The notes under the pieces are model-generated. The model ran no database searches and had not been told where the DNA came from. It saw only the letters and a list, made by a program, of their open reading frames with translations. From NCBI GenBank assembly GCA_005882335.1, contig VBAP01000008.1:346-64345 (forward strand): a stretch of 64,000 nucleotides of DNA. Reading direction: 5' to 3'. Below, piece by piece: positions 18,392 to 26,362 of the stretch. The translations under genes and the position numbers were made by a program. This stretch comes from Candidatus Segetimicrobium genomatis. GTDB lineage: Bacteria; Sysuimicrobiota; Sysuimicrobiia; Sysuimicrobiales; Kaftiobacteriaceae. Each line of letters begins with the position of its first letter. The stretch's first letter is position 1.

Positions 18392-19861
18392 TCATCCGAC
18401 AGAGCCTTCCATCTCGAGCGCGATGAGGCGGTTGAGCTCCACCGCGTACTCCAGTGGCAGCTCCTTGACGATCGGCTCGACGAAGCCGCGGACGATCATG
18501 TTCATCGCCTCATCTGCCTTGACCCCGCGGCTCATCAGGTAGAAGAGCTGTTCGTCGGACACCTTGGAGACCGTGGCTTCATGGGTGATGCTGACATCCT
18601 GCTCATCGATCTCCATCGTCGGGTAGGTGTCGCTGCGGCTCTGGTCGTCCAGGATCAGCGCGTCGCATCGCACCGCCGATTTGCTCCCGTTCGCGCCTGA
18701 GTAGATCTTGACGAGCCCACGGTACCCTGCCCGGCCCCCATCCTTGGCGATGGACTTGCTGACGATGACGGACTGGGTGTGCGGCGCCGCATGGATCACC
18801 TTGCCGCCGGGATCCTGGTGCTGCCCTCGTCCAGCGAACGCCACGGACAGGATCTCCGCCTTGGCTCCGGGCTCCACCATATAGACGCTCGGGTACTTCA
18901 TGGTGATCTTGGAGCCGAGATTGCCGTCGATCCATTCCATCGTGGCATCGCGGTAGGCCACGGCGCGCTTGGTGACCAAGTTGTACGTGTTGGTCGACCA
19001 GTTTTGAATCGTGGTGTAGCGGCAGCGCGCGCCTTCCTTCACAATGATCTCCACCACCGCGCTGTGCAGCGAGTCGGTCGTGTAGATCGGCGCCGTGCAC
19101 CCTTCCACATAGTGCACATACGAGCCGGGCTCGCAGATGATGAGCGTGCGCTCAAACTGCCCCATGTTTTGAGCATTGATGCGGAAGTACGCCTGCAGTG
19201 GGATATCCACATGCACGCCGGCGGGGACGTACACGAATGACCCACCGGACCAGACGGCCGAGTTCAGCGCAGCCAGTTTGTTGTCTTCCGGCGGGACGAC
19301 CGTCCCGAAGTACTCGCGCACGATGTCGGGGTGCTCCCGCAGCGCCGAGTCGGTGTCCAGGAAGATGACCCCGAGCTTCTCCCACTCCTCTTTCAGGTTA
19401 TGATAGACAGACTCACTCTCGTACTGCGCGCCTGCCCCGGCCAGAAACTTCCGCTCCGCCTCCGGGATCCCCAGCTTTTCAAAGGTGTTCTTGATATTCT
19501 CCGGAACCTCGTCCCAGCTCCGCTCCTTCTTCTCCGTAGGCTTCAGGTAGTAGTAGATGTCGTTAAAGTCGATCTGGGCGAGGTTGGCGCCCCAGACCGG
19601 CATGGGGCGCTGCTGGAAATGCTCGAGCGAATGCAGCCGGTACGCCCGCATCCACTCCGGCTCATTCTTCATTGAGGAGATCATCTCCACGATCTCGCGA
19701 TCCAGCCCCTTGCGGGACTTGTAGACGTACTTCTCGGGATCGTGGAAACCCCACTTGTATTTGTCGGGATCAATCCCCAGCTGATTCGTGACTGCCATCT
19801 GCGAAAACCCCTCCGCGTCTTTTTGCGCCTGTTGCGTCCCTCGCGTCTCTTGCCTCACCAA
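18392..19861 (-). CDS. sufB: Fe-S cluster assembly protein SufB
   Basis: 489 aa with a strongly SufB-like core (for example [30 protein letters not shown]). Confidence 0.9.
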   Translation of the reverse strand: MVRQETRGTQQAQKDAEGFSQMAVTNQLGIDPDKYKWGFHDPEKYVYKSRKGLDREIVEMISSMKNEPEWMRAYRLHSLEHFQQRPMPVWGANLAQIDFNDIYYYLKPTEKKERSWDEVPENIKNTFEKLGIPEAERKFLAGAGAQYESESVYHNLKEEWEKLGVIFLDTDSALREHPDIVREYFGTVVPPEDNKLAALNSAVWSGGSFVYVPAGVHVDIPLQAYFRINAQNMGQFERTLIICEPGSYVHYVEGCTAPIYTTDSLHSAVVEIIVKEGARCRYTTIQNWSTNTYNLVTKRAVAYRDATMEWIDGNLGSKITMKYPSVYMVEPGAKAEILSVAFAGRGQHQDPGGKVIHAAPHTQSVIVSKSIAKDGGRAGYRGLVKIYSGANGSKSAVRCDALILDDQSRSDTYPTMEIDEQDVSITHEATVSKVSDEQLFYLMSRGVKADEAMNMIVRGFVEPIVKELPLEYAVELNRLIALEMEGSVG

Positions 19862-19893
19862 TCACTAGACGCCACGGGCCCAATGGACGCCAC

Positions 19894-20724
19894 TTAGTGT
19901 TCGACCCAGAACACCTTGCCCGCACGCCGGACGGCGCCTTCCGCCTGCACCTCCGCGGCGATCACTTCAAACTGCGCCTTGATGCCCTCGTACCCGCTCT
20001 GCTCCAGTTCCTCCGCCAGGTCGGGGCCACCGGACACCACGAAGCGCCCATCGAACATCACGTGCACGTAAGAGGGTTTGATGAAGTGCAGAATCCGCGA
20101 ATAGTGCGTGATGAGCAGGATCCCCATCGTACCCTTGGCGCGCTCGAGCATGCGGTTGACGCCGTCGGAGACGACCTTCACCGAGTCGATATCCAGCCCC
20201 GAATCAGTCTCGTCCATGATCGCGATCTCCGGCTCCAGCATCGCCATCTGCAGGATCTCGGCGCGCTTCTTCTCGCCACCGGAGAAGCCCTCATTGACGT
20301 ACCGGGACACGATCGCCGGCTCGATTTTCAGTTCGTCCATCTTTTGTTTCAGCAGCTTTTGAAACTCGCCGACCGGCATCAGTTCCTTGTCGTAGCCGCG
20401 GCGGGCCGACACCGCGGTCCGCAAGAAACTGCTCATGGTGACCCCAGGAATGCTCACCGGATACTGGAAGGCGATGAACAGCCCCCGCCTGGCGCGTTCA
20501 TCGGGTGACATCGCCAGCAGGTCCTGGCCTTTGTACAGCACCTCCCCCTTCACCACCTGGTAGAAGGGGTTGCCCATGAGGACGTTCGCCAGGGTGGACT
20601 TGCCCGACCCGTTCGGCCCCATCAACGCGTGCACTTCACCCTTGCTGAGGGTCAGGTTCGCACCCTTCAGGATGACCTTGTCCTCGACCTGTACCGTCAG
20701 GTCCTTGATTTCCAGATCAGCCAT
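19894..20724 (-). CDS. sufC: Fe-S cluster assembly ATPase SufC
   Basis: 276 aa with Walker A (GPNGSGKST), the ABC signature and Walker B. Confidence 0.9.
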   Translation of the reverse strand: MADLEIKDLTVQVEDKVILKGANLTLSKGEVHALMGPNGSGKSTLANVLMGNPFYQVVKGEVLYKGQDLLAMSPDERARRGLFIAFQYPVSIPGVTMSSFLRTAVSARRGYDKELMPVGEFQKLLKQKMDELKIEPAIVSRYVNEGFSGGEKKRAEILQMAMLEPEIAIMDETDSGLDIDSVKVVSDGVNRMLERAKGTMGILLITHYSRILHFIKPSYVHVMFDGRFVVSGGPDLAEELEQSGYEGIKAQFEVIAAEVQAEGAVRRAGKVFWVEH

Positions 20725-20821
20725 GCCGCCCCCACGCCATCCTCAGCTTTGCGAACGTAATTCTCGACTAAATTACTCAAGAACCGGTCCGGTTTCATTG
20801 TGGCACGGCACCTCGGAGGTG

Positions 20822-21838
20822 TCAAGGAAGGGCGGGAACCGGCGCAAACGCGGCGCGTGCCGCGTTCGTCACCAGGCGTGTCACCTCGGCGGCCCCGAGT
20901 GAAAACGTCGTGGCCACGGCGTGCAGTTCGCGCGAGAGGTCCGTCCCCAGGAGCATAGGATCATCGCTGTTCACGGTCACGGACACGCCGGCGTCAAGCA
21001 GGCGCCGCAGCGGGAGCGCCCCCATGGACGCGCACAACCCAAGATGAAGGTTGCTTGTAGGGCAGAGTTCCAGAGTCACGCCGCGCTCCCGCAGACGGGT
21101 GAGCAGTTCCGAGTCGTCTGCGGCACGAATTCCATGGCCGATGCGCTGCGCCCCCAGGTGATACACCGCGGTCCAGACGCTGGCAGGACCAGAGAATTCA
21201 CCGGCGTGCACCGTAATTCCCAGACCGGCTTCGCGGGCCAGCCCCAGAGGCCTGGCAAACAGGGCGGGCGGGTAGTTCTGCTCGTCGCCGGCCAGGTCCA
21301 CGCCCACCACACCGCAGTCGCGGCAGGCGATCGCCTCGCGAACGCGCTGCTCGGCCTCCTCCGGGCCGCGCTCCCGTACGACTGTCACGATGAACCCACT
21401 AGAAATCCCCAGCCGCGAGTGAGCCCGGGCGCGGGCGCGCGCCATGGCGCCGAGCATGCGGTCCGCGCCCAGCAATGCAAAGCCCCGGCGGCCGCCGACC
21501 CGCACCTCGACGTACCGCACCCGTTGCAAGGCTGCTTCCTCTAAGAGTTCCAGCGTGATCTGCTCGATATTCTCCGGCGTGTACCACTCGTCGGCAATTC
21601 TCCCGGCACGGCTGAGGTACCGGAGGCGGCGGAGGCGGTCGTACCCGGTGAATCGTGCCGGATCGGCGATGCGCTGCGGCTCCGTGACGACAGGAGGGCC
21701 GGGAGAATCATCCTGCGGACCACTCGCTTGCCGGCCGCGCCCCGCGAGCCGGCGCAGGCGGAGGGAGGTTTCCAGATGCAGGTGGAGTTCAACCTTGGGA
21801 AGTTCGCGGATAAACTGGAGCGATGCGGCCGGTGTCAC
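20822..21838 (-). CDS. Adenosine/adenine deaminase-family metallohydrolase
   Basis: HLHLE, TVHAGE, CPTSN and NSDDP motifs. It has an Arg-rich insertion of about 60 aa near the N-terminus. Confidence 0.75.
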   Translation of the reverse strand: MTPAASLQFIRELPKVELHLHLETSLRLRRLAGRGRQASGPQDDSPGPPVVTEPQRIADPARFTGYDRLRRLRYLSRAGRIADEWYTPENIEQITLELLEEAALQRVRYVEVRVGGRRGFALLGADRMLGAMARARARAHSRLGISSGFIVTVVRERGPEEAEQRVREAIACRDCGVVGVDLAGDEQNYPPALFARPLGLAREAGLGITVHAGEFSGPASVWTAVYHLGAQRIGHGIRAADDSELLTRLRERGVTLELCPTSNLHLGLCASMGALPLRRLLDAGVSVTVNSDDPMLLGTDLSRELHAVATTFSLGAAEVTRLVTNAARAAFAPVPALP

Positions 21839-21872
21839 GCGCGCACTCGGTGTGGTGTTAGAGCGATCATAG

Positions 21873-21957
21873 TCAGTCTGCAGTCGCCAGTCAGCAGTCC
21901 GCAGTCAGGACAGTTTTTTCATCGACTGCCGACTGCAGACCGGAGACTGCCGACTCG
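21873..21957. repeat. Intergenic hairpin element. (CAGTCGC/CAGTCAG)n, a TTTTTT-containing loop, then (GACTGCC/GACTGCA)n.
   Basis: Arms at 21873-21908 and 21921-21957. Confidence 0.7.
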
Positions 21958-21958
21958 T

Positions 21959-22174
21959 TCATTCTGCAAGGATCTCCCGCACCCGATGCTCCAGCGACTC
22001 GAGTGCGGCGCGCAGGCGCTGATACTCGGCCTGCTGTGCGGTGGAGAGGGACACCGCGACCGCCGTCTGATCGAGCGCGCGACGAATCTCATCCACCTGC
22101 GCCAGCAGCCTGCTGCGCAGATCGCCGGCGGACGGGACAGGCGTGGAGGTCGTCTTGGTGGAATCTTGGTCCAT
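21959..22174 (-). CDS. Small hypothetical coiled-coil protein (71 aa)
   Basis: An ORF in the divergent region between the deaminase gene and the E1alpha gene. There is no obvious SD, so support is weak. Confidence 0.25.
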   Translation of the reverse strand: MDQDSTKTTSTPVPSAGDLRSRLLAQVDEIRRALDQTAVAVSLSTAQQAEYQRLRAALESLEHRVREILAE

Positions 22175-22237
22175 ATGCTAATATTAGTCCGTTTTACGCG
22201 GCGATGCCACGAGTAGGATGACCAGCGCGATGGGTAG

Positions 22238-23275
22238 GTGGTTCAGTACATGGACACGCGATCCGTGAAAACCGCCCCTCCGCGCGACCTCGGCCGTGAC
22301 GAGCTCGCCGCCGCCGTGGAGTGGTATGGGAAGATGGTCCTGGTGCGTCGCTTCGAAGAGGAAGCGGAGCGCGAATTTCGCCGCGGCAAGATCGGCGGCT
22401 ACCTGCACGTCTACAGCGGCCAGGAAGCGGTCGCCGCCGGTTTCCTGAGCGCGATCCGTCCCGATGACATCTTCTTCACCGCCTATCGAGACCATGCTCA
22501 TGCCCTGTTCCGCGGCGCCGCCCCCGGTGCGGTGATGGCGGAACTGTTCGGCAAGGCGACCGGCCTGGCCAAGGGCAAGGGCGGGTCGATGCACCTGTTC
22601 GACGTGGCGCGGGGATTCTATGGAGGCTACGGCATCGTGGGAGGCCACATCCCGCTGGCCACCGGCGCAGCCTTCGCGCTGCGCTACCAGCAGGCAGACC
22701 GGATCTGCCTGTGTTTCCTCGGCGATGGGGCGATGAACAGCGGCTCGTTCCACGAACCGGCCAATCTGGCCGGGCTGTGGGGCAAGCAGGGCTTGTGCCC
22801 GATCGTCTATATCGTGGAGAACAACCAGTATGCGATGGGCACACCTGTGGATCGGTCCTCCGCGGTCACGAACCTCGCCAGCCGGTTCTCGACGTATGGG
22901 ATTGAAAACGAACGCGCCGACGGGATGGACTTCATCGAGGTCCGCCGGCTGGCCGGGCGTGCGGTGCGGCGAGTGCGCGAGACCGGCCGGCCCTACGCGG
23001 TAGAACTGCTGACCTACCGCTTCGCCGGTCATGGGGCGGCCGATCTCTTCCAGCCCTACCGCACCAAGGACGAGATCGCGCAGGCCCGGCAGCGTGACCC
23101 GATCACGCTCCTGGAGGACCTGCTCCGCGCGACTGGCGCGCTGTCCGACGGCGAGGTGAAGCGCGCGCGCGCAGACGCCGAGCGGGTCGTGACCGACGCG
23201 GTGCGATTCGCCGAGGAGAGCCCACCCCCCGCACCGGAGGAGCTGTACCGTGACATCTACGGAGCCGACGGATGA
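22238..23275 (+). CDS. 2-oxoacid (pyruvate-type) dehydrogenase E1 alpha subunit
   Basis: 345 aa with YRDHAHALFRG and the TPP motif FLGDGAMNSGSFHEPANLAGLWGKQGLCPIVYIVENNQYAMGT. Confidence 0.9.
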   Translation: MVQYMDTRSVKTAPPRDLGRDELAAAVEWYGKMVLVRRFEEEAEREFRRGKIGGYLHVYSGQEAVAAGFLSAIRPDDIFFTAYRDHAHALFRGAAPGAVMAELFGKATGLAKGKGGSMHLFDVARGFYGGYGIVGGHIPLATGAAFALRYQQADRICLCFLGDGAMNSGSFHEPANLAGLWGKQGLCPIVYIVENNQYAMGTPVDRSSAVTNLASRFSTYGIENERADGMDFIEVRRLAGRAVRRVRETGRPYAVELLTYRFAGHGAADLFQPYRTKDEIAQARQRDPITLLEDLLRATGALSDGEVKRARADAERVVTDAVRFAEESPPPAPEELYRDIYGADG

Positions 23276-23287
23276 ACGCTGAAAGAC

Positions 23288-23445
23288 GGGAACGGGGGAA
23301 TGCGGGAACTGGGGAACGCGATACCGCGAACGTTTCCCTAGGGCTTCTGCGCGTTCCCGCGTTCCGCCCCGAGCGCGCGAAGCGCGCGTGGGGGTTCCCG
23401 CGCTCCGCCCCGAGCGCGCGAAGCGCGCGTGGGGGTTCCCGCGAT
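23288..23445. repeat. Two tandem copies of a roughly 43-bp unit (CCGCCCCGAGCGCGCGAAGCGCGCGTGGGGGTTCCCGCG), each with an internal CGCGCG-AAG-CGCGCG palindrome. A complementary GGGAACG-word arm lies upstream.
   Basis: E1alpha-E1beta spacer. Copies at 23357-23400 and 23400-23442. Confidence 0.7.
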
Positions 23446-24454
23446 CCCACGATCCCGTCAGTTGTGGGCTTTCGTGGCTGAACTCACCTACCGGGACGCG
23501 CTGCGGTCCGCCCTCATCGAGGAGATGGACCATGACCGCCGGGTGATCCTCATCGGCGAGGACATCGGCGTGTACCAGGGCACGTTTCGGGTCACTGCCG
23601 ACCTGCTCCAACGGTATGGCCCCACGCGCGTGATCGACACCCCCATTTCCGAACTCGGGTTCGTGGGGGCGGCGATTGGGATGGCGATGCTCGGGCTGCG
23701 GCCGGTGGTGGAAGTCATGACCTGGAACTTCTCCCTGCTGGCGATGGACCAGATCGTGAACAACGCCGCCAAGCTGCGCTACTTCTCCGGCGGACAGGTC
23801 AACGTTCCCCTGGTCATCCGGGGCCCCAACGGCGCCGGCGTGCAGTTGTCCGCGCAGCACTCACAGAGTCTGGAGGCCACCTACGCGCACTTCCCCGGCC
23901 TGTATGTCGTTGCGCCCGCCACGCCGGCGGAGGCGAAGGGACTGCTCCGCACGGCGATCCGCAGCCAGGATCCCGTGATCTTCCTGGAAAATGCCGCGCT
24001 GTACGGGCTGAAGGGAGAGGTACCAGATTCGGATTTTGCCCTGCCCTTTGGGAAGGCCGCGGTAGTGCGGAATGGCCGCGACGCCACGGTCATCGCCTAC
24101 AGCCGGATGGTCCACGCGGCCGTGGCCGCGGCGGAGCAGCTCGCCGGCGAGGGCACCGAGGCCGAGGTGATCAGCCTCCGGTCATTGCGGCCGCTCGACA
24201 TGGCGACCGTGGTGGAGTCGGTGGCGCGCACGCACAGGGCCGTGGTGGTCCAAGAACAGTGGAAGCCATTCGGAGCCGCTGCTGAAATTGCGATGCGAAT
24301 TTATGAAGAGGCGTTCGATCAACTAGACTCGCCGGTCGAGCGCGTCACCGGCGCCGATGTGCCCATGCCCTACGCCCGTACCCTGGAAGCGCGGGCGGTG
24401 CCGCACGAGGCGGACATTGTCGCGGCAGTGAAGAAGACGCTCGGTAAACAGTGA
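23429..24454 (+). CDS. 2-oxoacid dehydrogenase E1 beta subunit. An alternative GTG start at 23474 (AELTYRDAL) is likely.
   Basis: ELTYRDALRSALIEEMDHDRRVILIGEDIGVYQGTF is a typical E1beta N-terminus. The annotated ATG lies within the intergenic repeat. Confidence 0.88.
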   Translation: MGVPAIPRSRQLWAFVAELTYRDALRSALIEEMDHDRRVILIGEDIGVYQGTFRVTADLLQRYGPTRVIDTPISELGFVGAAIGMAMLGLRPVVEVMTWNFSLLAMDQIVNNAAKLRYFSGGQVNVPLVIRGPNGAGVQLSAQHSQSLEATYAHFPGLYVVAPATPAEAKGLLRTAIRSQDPVIFLENAALYGLKGEVPDSDFALPFGKAAVVRNGRDATVIAYSRMVHAAVAAAEQLAGEGTEAEVISLRSLRPLDMATVVESVARTHRAVVVQEQWKPFGAAAEIAMRIYEEAFDQLDSPVERVTGADVPMPYARTLEARAVPHEADIVAAVKKTLGKQ

Positions 24455-24584
24455 ACTGCGCGAACAAGGCGCACATAGCGAACGAAGCGAACAGACGAAC
24501 GGGACCGCGGTGTCTTTTGTTCGCCTTCCCTTTGCTCGCTGTGCCCGCGTAGTCTGGGAGGTTGCTCCGGTGGCCGACGTCATC

Positions 24585-25808
24585 ATGCCAAAGATGGGCG
24601 ACGCGATGACCGAGGGGAAAGTCCTGACATGGAGGAAGCGTCCGGGCGATCCGGTTGCCAAAGGCGAAGCTATCGCCGAGATCGAGACCGACAAAGTCAA
24701 CGTCGATATCGAGGCTGAGGAAGGGGGCGTTCTGCTCGAGATTCTCGTCGACGAAGGGAAGAGCGCACCGGTCGGCGCCAGCATCGCCGTGATCGGCGCT
24801 CCAGGGCAGAAGGTCCAGCCTCGCCCCGCGGCTGCCCCCGCCGCGCAGCCCGCTCCTGCACCTGCGGCAGTGGCGGCGGGTCCGGCGCGGTCCACCCCCG
24901 CTCCGGCCGCAGCGGCTCCCACCGAGGCCGCAGACCGGTTGAAAGTCTCGCCGCTGGCGCGGAAACTCGCCGCTGAGCACGCCATCGACCTGGCCACCGT
25001 CCGGGGCAGCGGTCCGGATGGACGCATTACTAAGGAAGACATCGAAGCACTCATCGCTACCGGCACGCGTCCTCAACCGACCCCGGGTCCGGCGGCACCG
25101 CCCATTGCCCCATCCGGCCCAGATGTCGAGTCCGTCCCCCTGTCCCGCATCCGGCAAACCATTGGCCGCCGCATGACCGAGAGCAAGCAGCAGGCGCCTC
25201 ACTTCTACGTGACAGTGGAAGTAGGCATGGATGAGGCGCTGCGCGCCCGCCAGCAACTCAACGAGACGCTGGACGACCGTGGGAAGGTGTCCTTGAATGA
25301 CTTCGCGCTCAAGGCGGCGTCGCTGGCGCTGCGCAAGTTCCCCAACCTCAACAGCAGCCTGGCGGATGCCGCGGTCCGCCGGTTCCGCAGGATTAACATG
25401 GCGCTGGCCGTGGCGTTACCGGAGGGCCTGATCGCGCCGGTCATCCACGATTGCGACCGGCTGACGTTGGGGGAGATCGCGGCGAGGGCGAAAGACCTTG
25501 GCGAACGCGCGCGCTCCGGCCACCTGCGGCCGGAAGACCTCGAGGGCGGAACGTTCACCGTCAGTAACCTGGGGATGTTTGGGGACGTGGACAGCTTCGT
25601 GGCCATCATCAATCCGCCGCATACCGGGATCCTTGCCATCGGCAAGGCGACGCCGCGCGCCGTCGTGCGAGGCGGCCAGATCGCCGCCGCGACCACCATG
25701 AAAATAACGCTCTCGGCCGACCATCGTGTCACCGACGGCGCCGAAGCCGCGCAGTACCTCATCGAAGTCAAACGCCTGCTGGAGAACCCGCTGCTCTTGG
25801 TACTCTAA
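24585..25808 (+). CDS. Dihydrolipoamide acyltransferase (E2) with a single lipoyl domain, a PSBD and a catalytic domain. The start was trimmed to MPKMGDAMTEG.
   Basis: Lipoyl motif EIETDKVNVDIEAE, E3-binding domain LKVSPLARKLAAEHAIDLATVRGSGPDGRITKEDI, and catalytic DHRVTDGAEAAQYL. Confidence 0.9.
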   Translation: MPKMGDAMTEGKVLTWRKRPGDPVAKGEAIAEIETDKVNVDIEAEEGGVLLEILVDEGKSAPVGASIAVIGAPGQKVQPRPAAAPAAQPAPAPAAVAAGPARSTPAPAAAAPTEAADRLKVSPLARKLAAEHAIDLATVRGSGPDGRITKEDIEALIATGTRPQPTPGPAAPPIAPSGPDVESVPLSRIRQTIGRRMTESKQQAPHFYVTVEVGMDEALRARQQLNETLDDRGKVSLNDFALKAASLALRKFPNLNSSLADAAVRRFRRINMALAVALPEGLIAPVIHDCDRLTLGEIAARAKDLGERARSGHLRPEDLEGGTFTVSNLGMFGDVDSFVAIINPPHTGILAIGKATPRAVVRGGQIAAATTMKITLSADHRVTDGAEAAQYLIEVKRLLENPLLLVL

Positions 25809-25810
25809 CT

Positions 25811-25907
25811 GCAGTTGGAATGTTGGAGAGTTGGAAAGTTGAAGAGTACACGGCAGAGATCGACGCAATAACTCTCCAACTTTCCAACTCTTCAACTCTT
25901 CAACTGC
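25811..25907. repeat. Intergenic hairpin element between the convergent E2 and nfu genes. (GTTGGAA/GTTGAAG)n on the left and (CTTCAAC/TTCCAAC)n on the right.
   Basis: Arms at 25811-25847 and 25871-25907. It is a candidate bidirectional terminator. Confidence 0.7.
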
Positions 25908-26187
25908 CTTCGCTCTCGAAATACCCTCGGATCGCACTCTCTGCCTGGTCGGAAATATCTTCCCAGCGCGCGGCGGGGTTCCGTGTGACGGTGATAAAGT
26001 CGTTGAGCAAAAAGACCTGCACCACGCCCGGGATGGCCAGCAGTGCCGCCGCCAGCGGTGAGGCCGCCGCCTCCCGTGGCGTGCGAAACGTTTGACTCTT
26101 CCCCTCGGTCAGTCGACGGTTCAGCACGAATTTCAGCGCGTTCACATTCGGAGTAGGTTGCGTCTCAATCGTTATGGCTTCCGCCAT
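25900..26187 (-). CDS. Nfu/NifU N-terminal-domain (Nfu_N) protein
   Basis: 95 aa with TPNVNALKF...NDFITVT, typical of the Nfu_N scaffold domain. The SD GGAGG is 7 nt upstream. Confidence 0.65.
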   Translation of the reverse strand: MAEAITIETQPTPNVNALKFVLNRRLTEGKSQTFRTPREAAASPLAAALLAIPGVVQVFLLNDFITVTRNPAARWEDISDQAESAIRGYFESEGS

Positions 26188-26210
26188 TTGGGAATTGCCT
26201 CCCTAAAGAT

Positions 26211-26332
26211 CTAGTGAATAGTGATTAGTGAATAGTGAATAGCTAAGACGTCCGGGCCGGCGGTGGCTATTCACAATTCACCATTCACTATTCACGTTAC
26301 CTATTCACTAATCACTATTCACATCTGCCGCC
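26211..26332. repeat. Intergenic hairpin element. (TAGTGAA/TAGTGAT)n on the left and (ATTCACT/ATTCACA)n on the right, with a GC-rich central spacer.
   Basis: Arms at 26211-26244 and 26266-26332. Confidence 0.75.
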
Positions 26333-26362
26333 GCACGAACCTTCGTTCACGAGGAGTTTTCT

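Noticed and set aside
23288-23445. Possible CRISPR array
   Set aside because: There are only two direct repeat copies, with no unique spacers and no cas genes. It is a simple tandem duplication.
22184-23860. 558-aa minus-strand ORF
   Set aside because: It is antisense to the E1alpha and E1beta genes.
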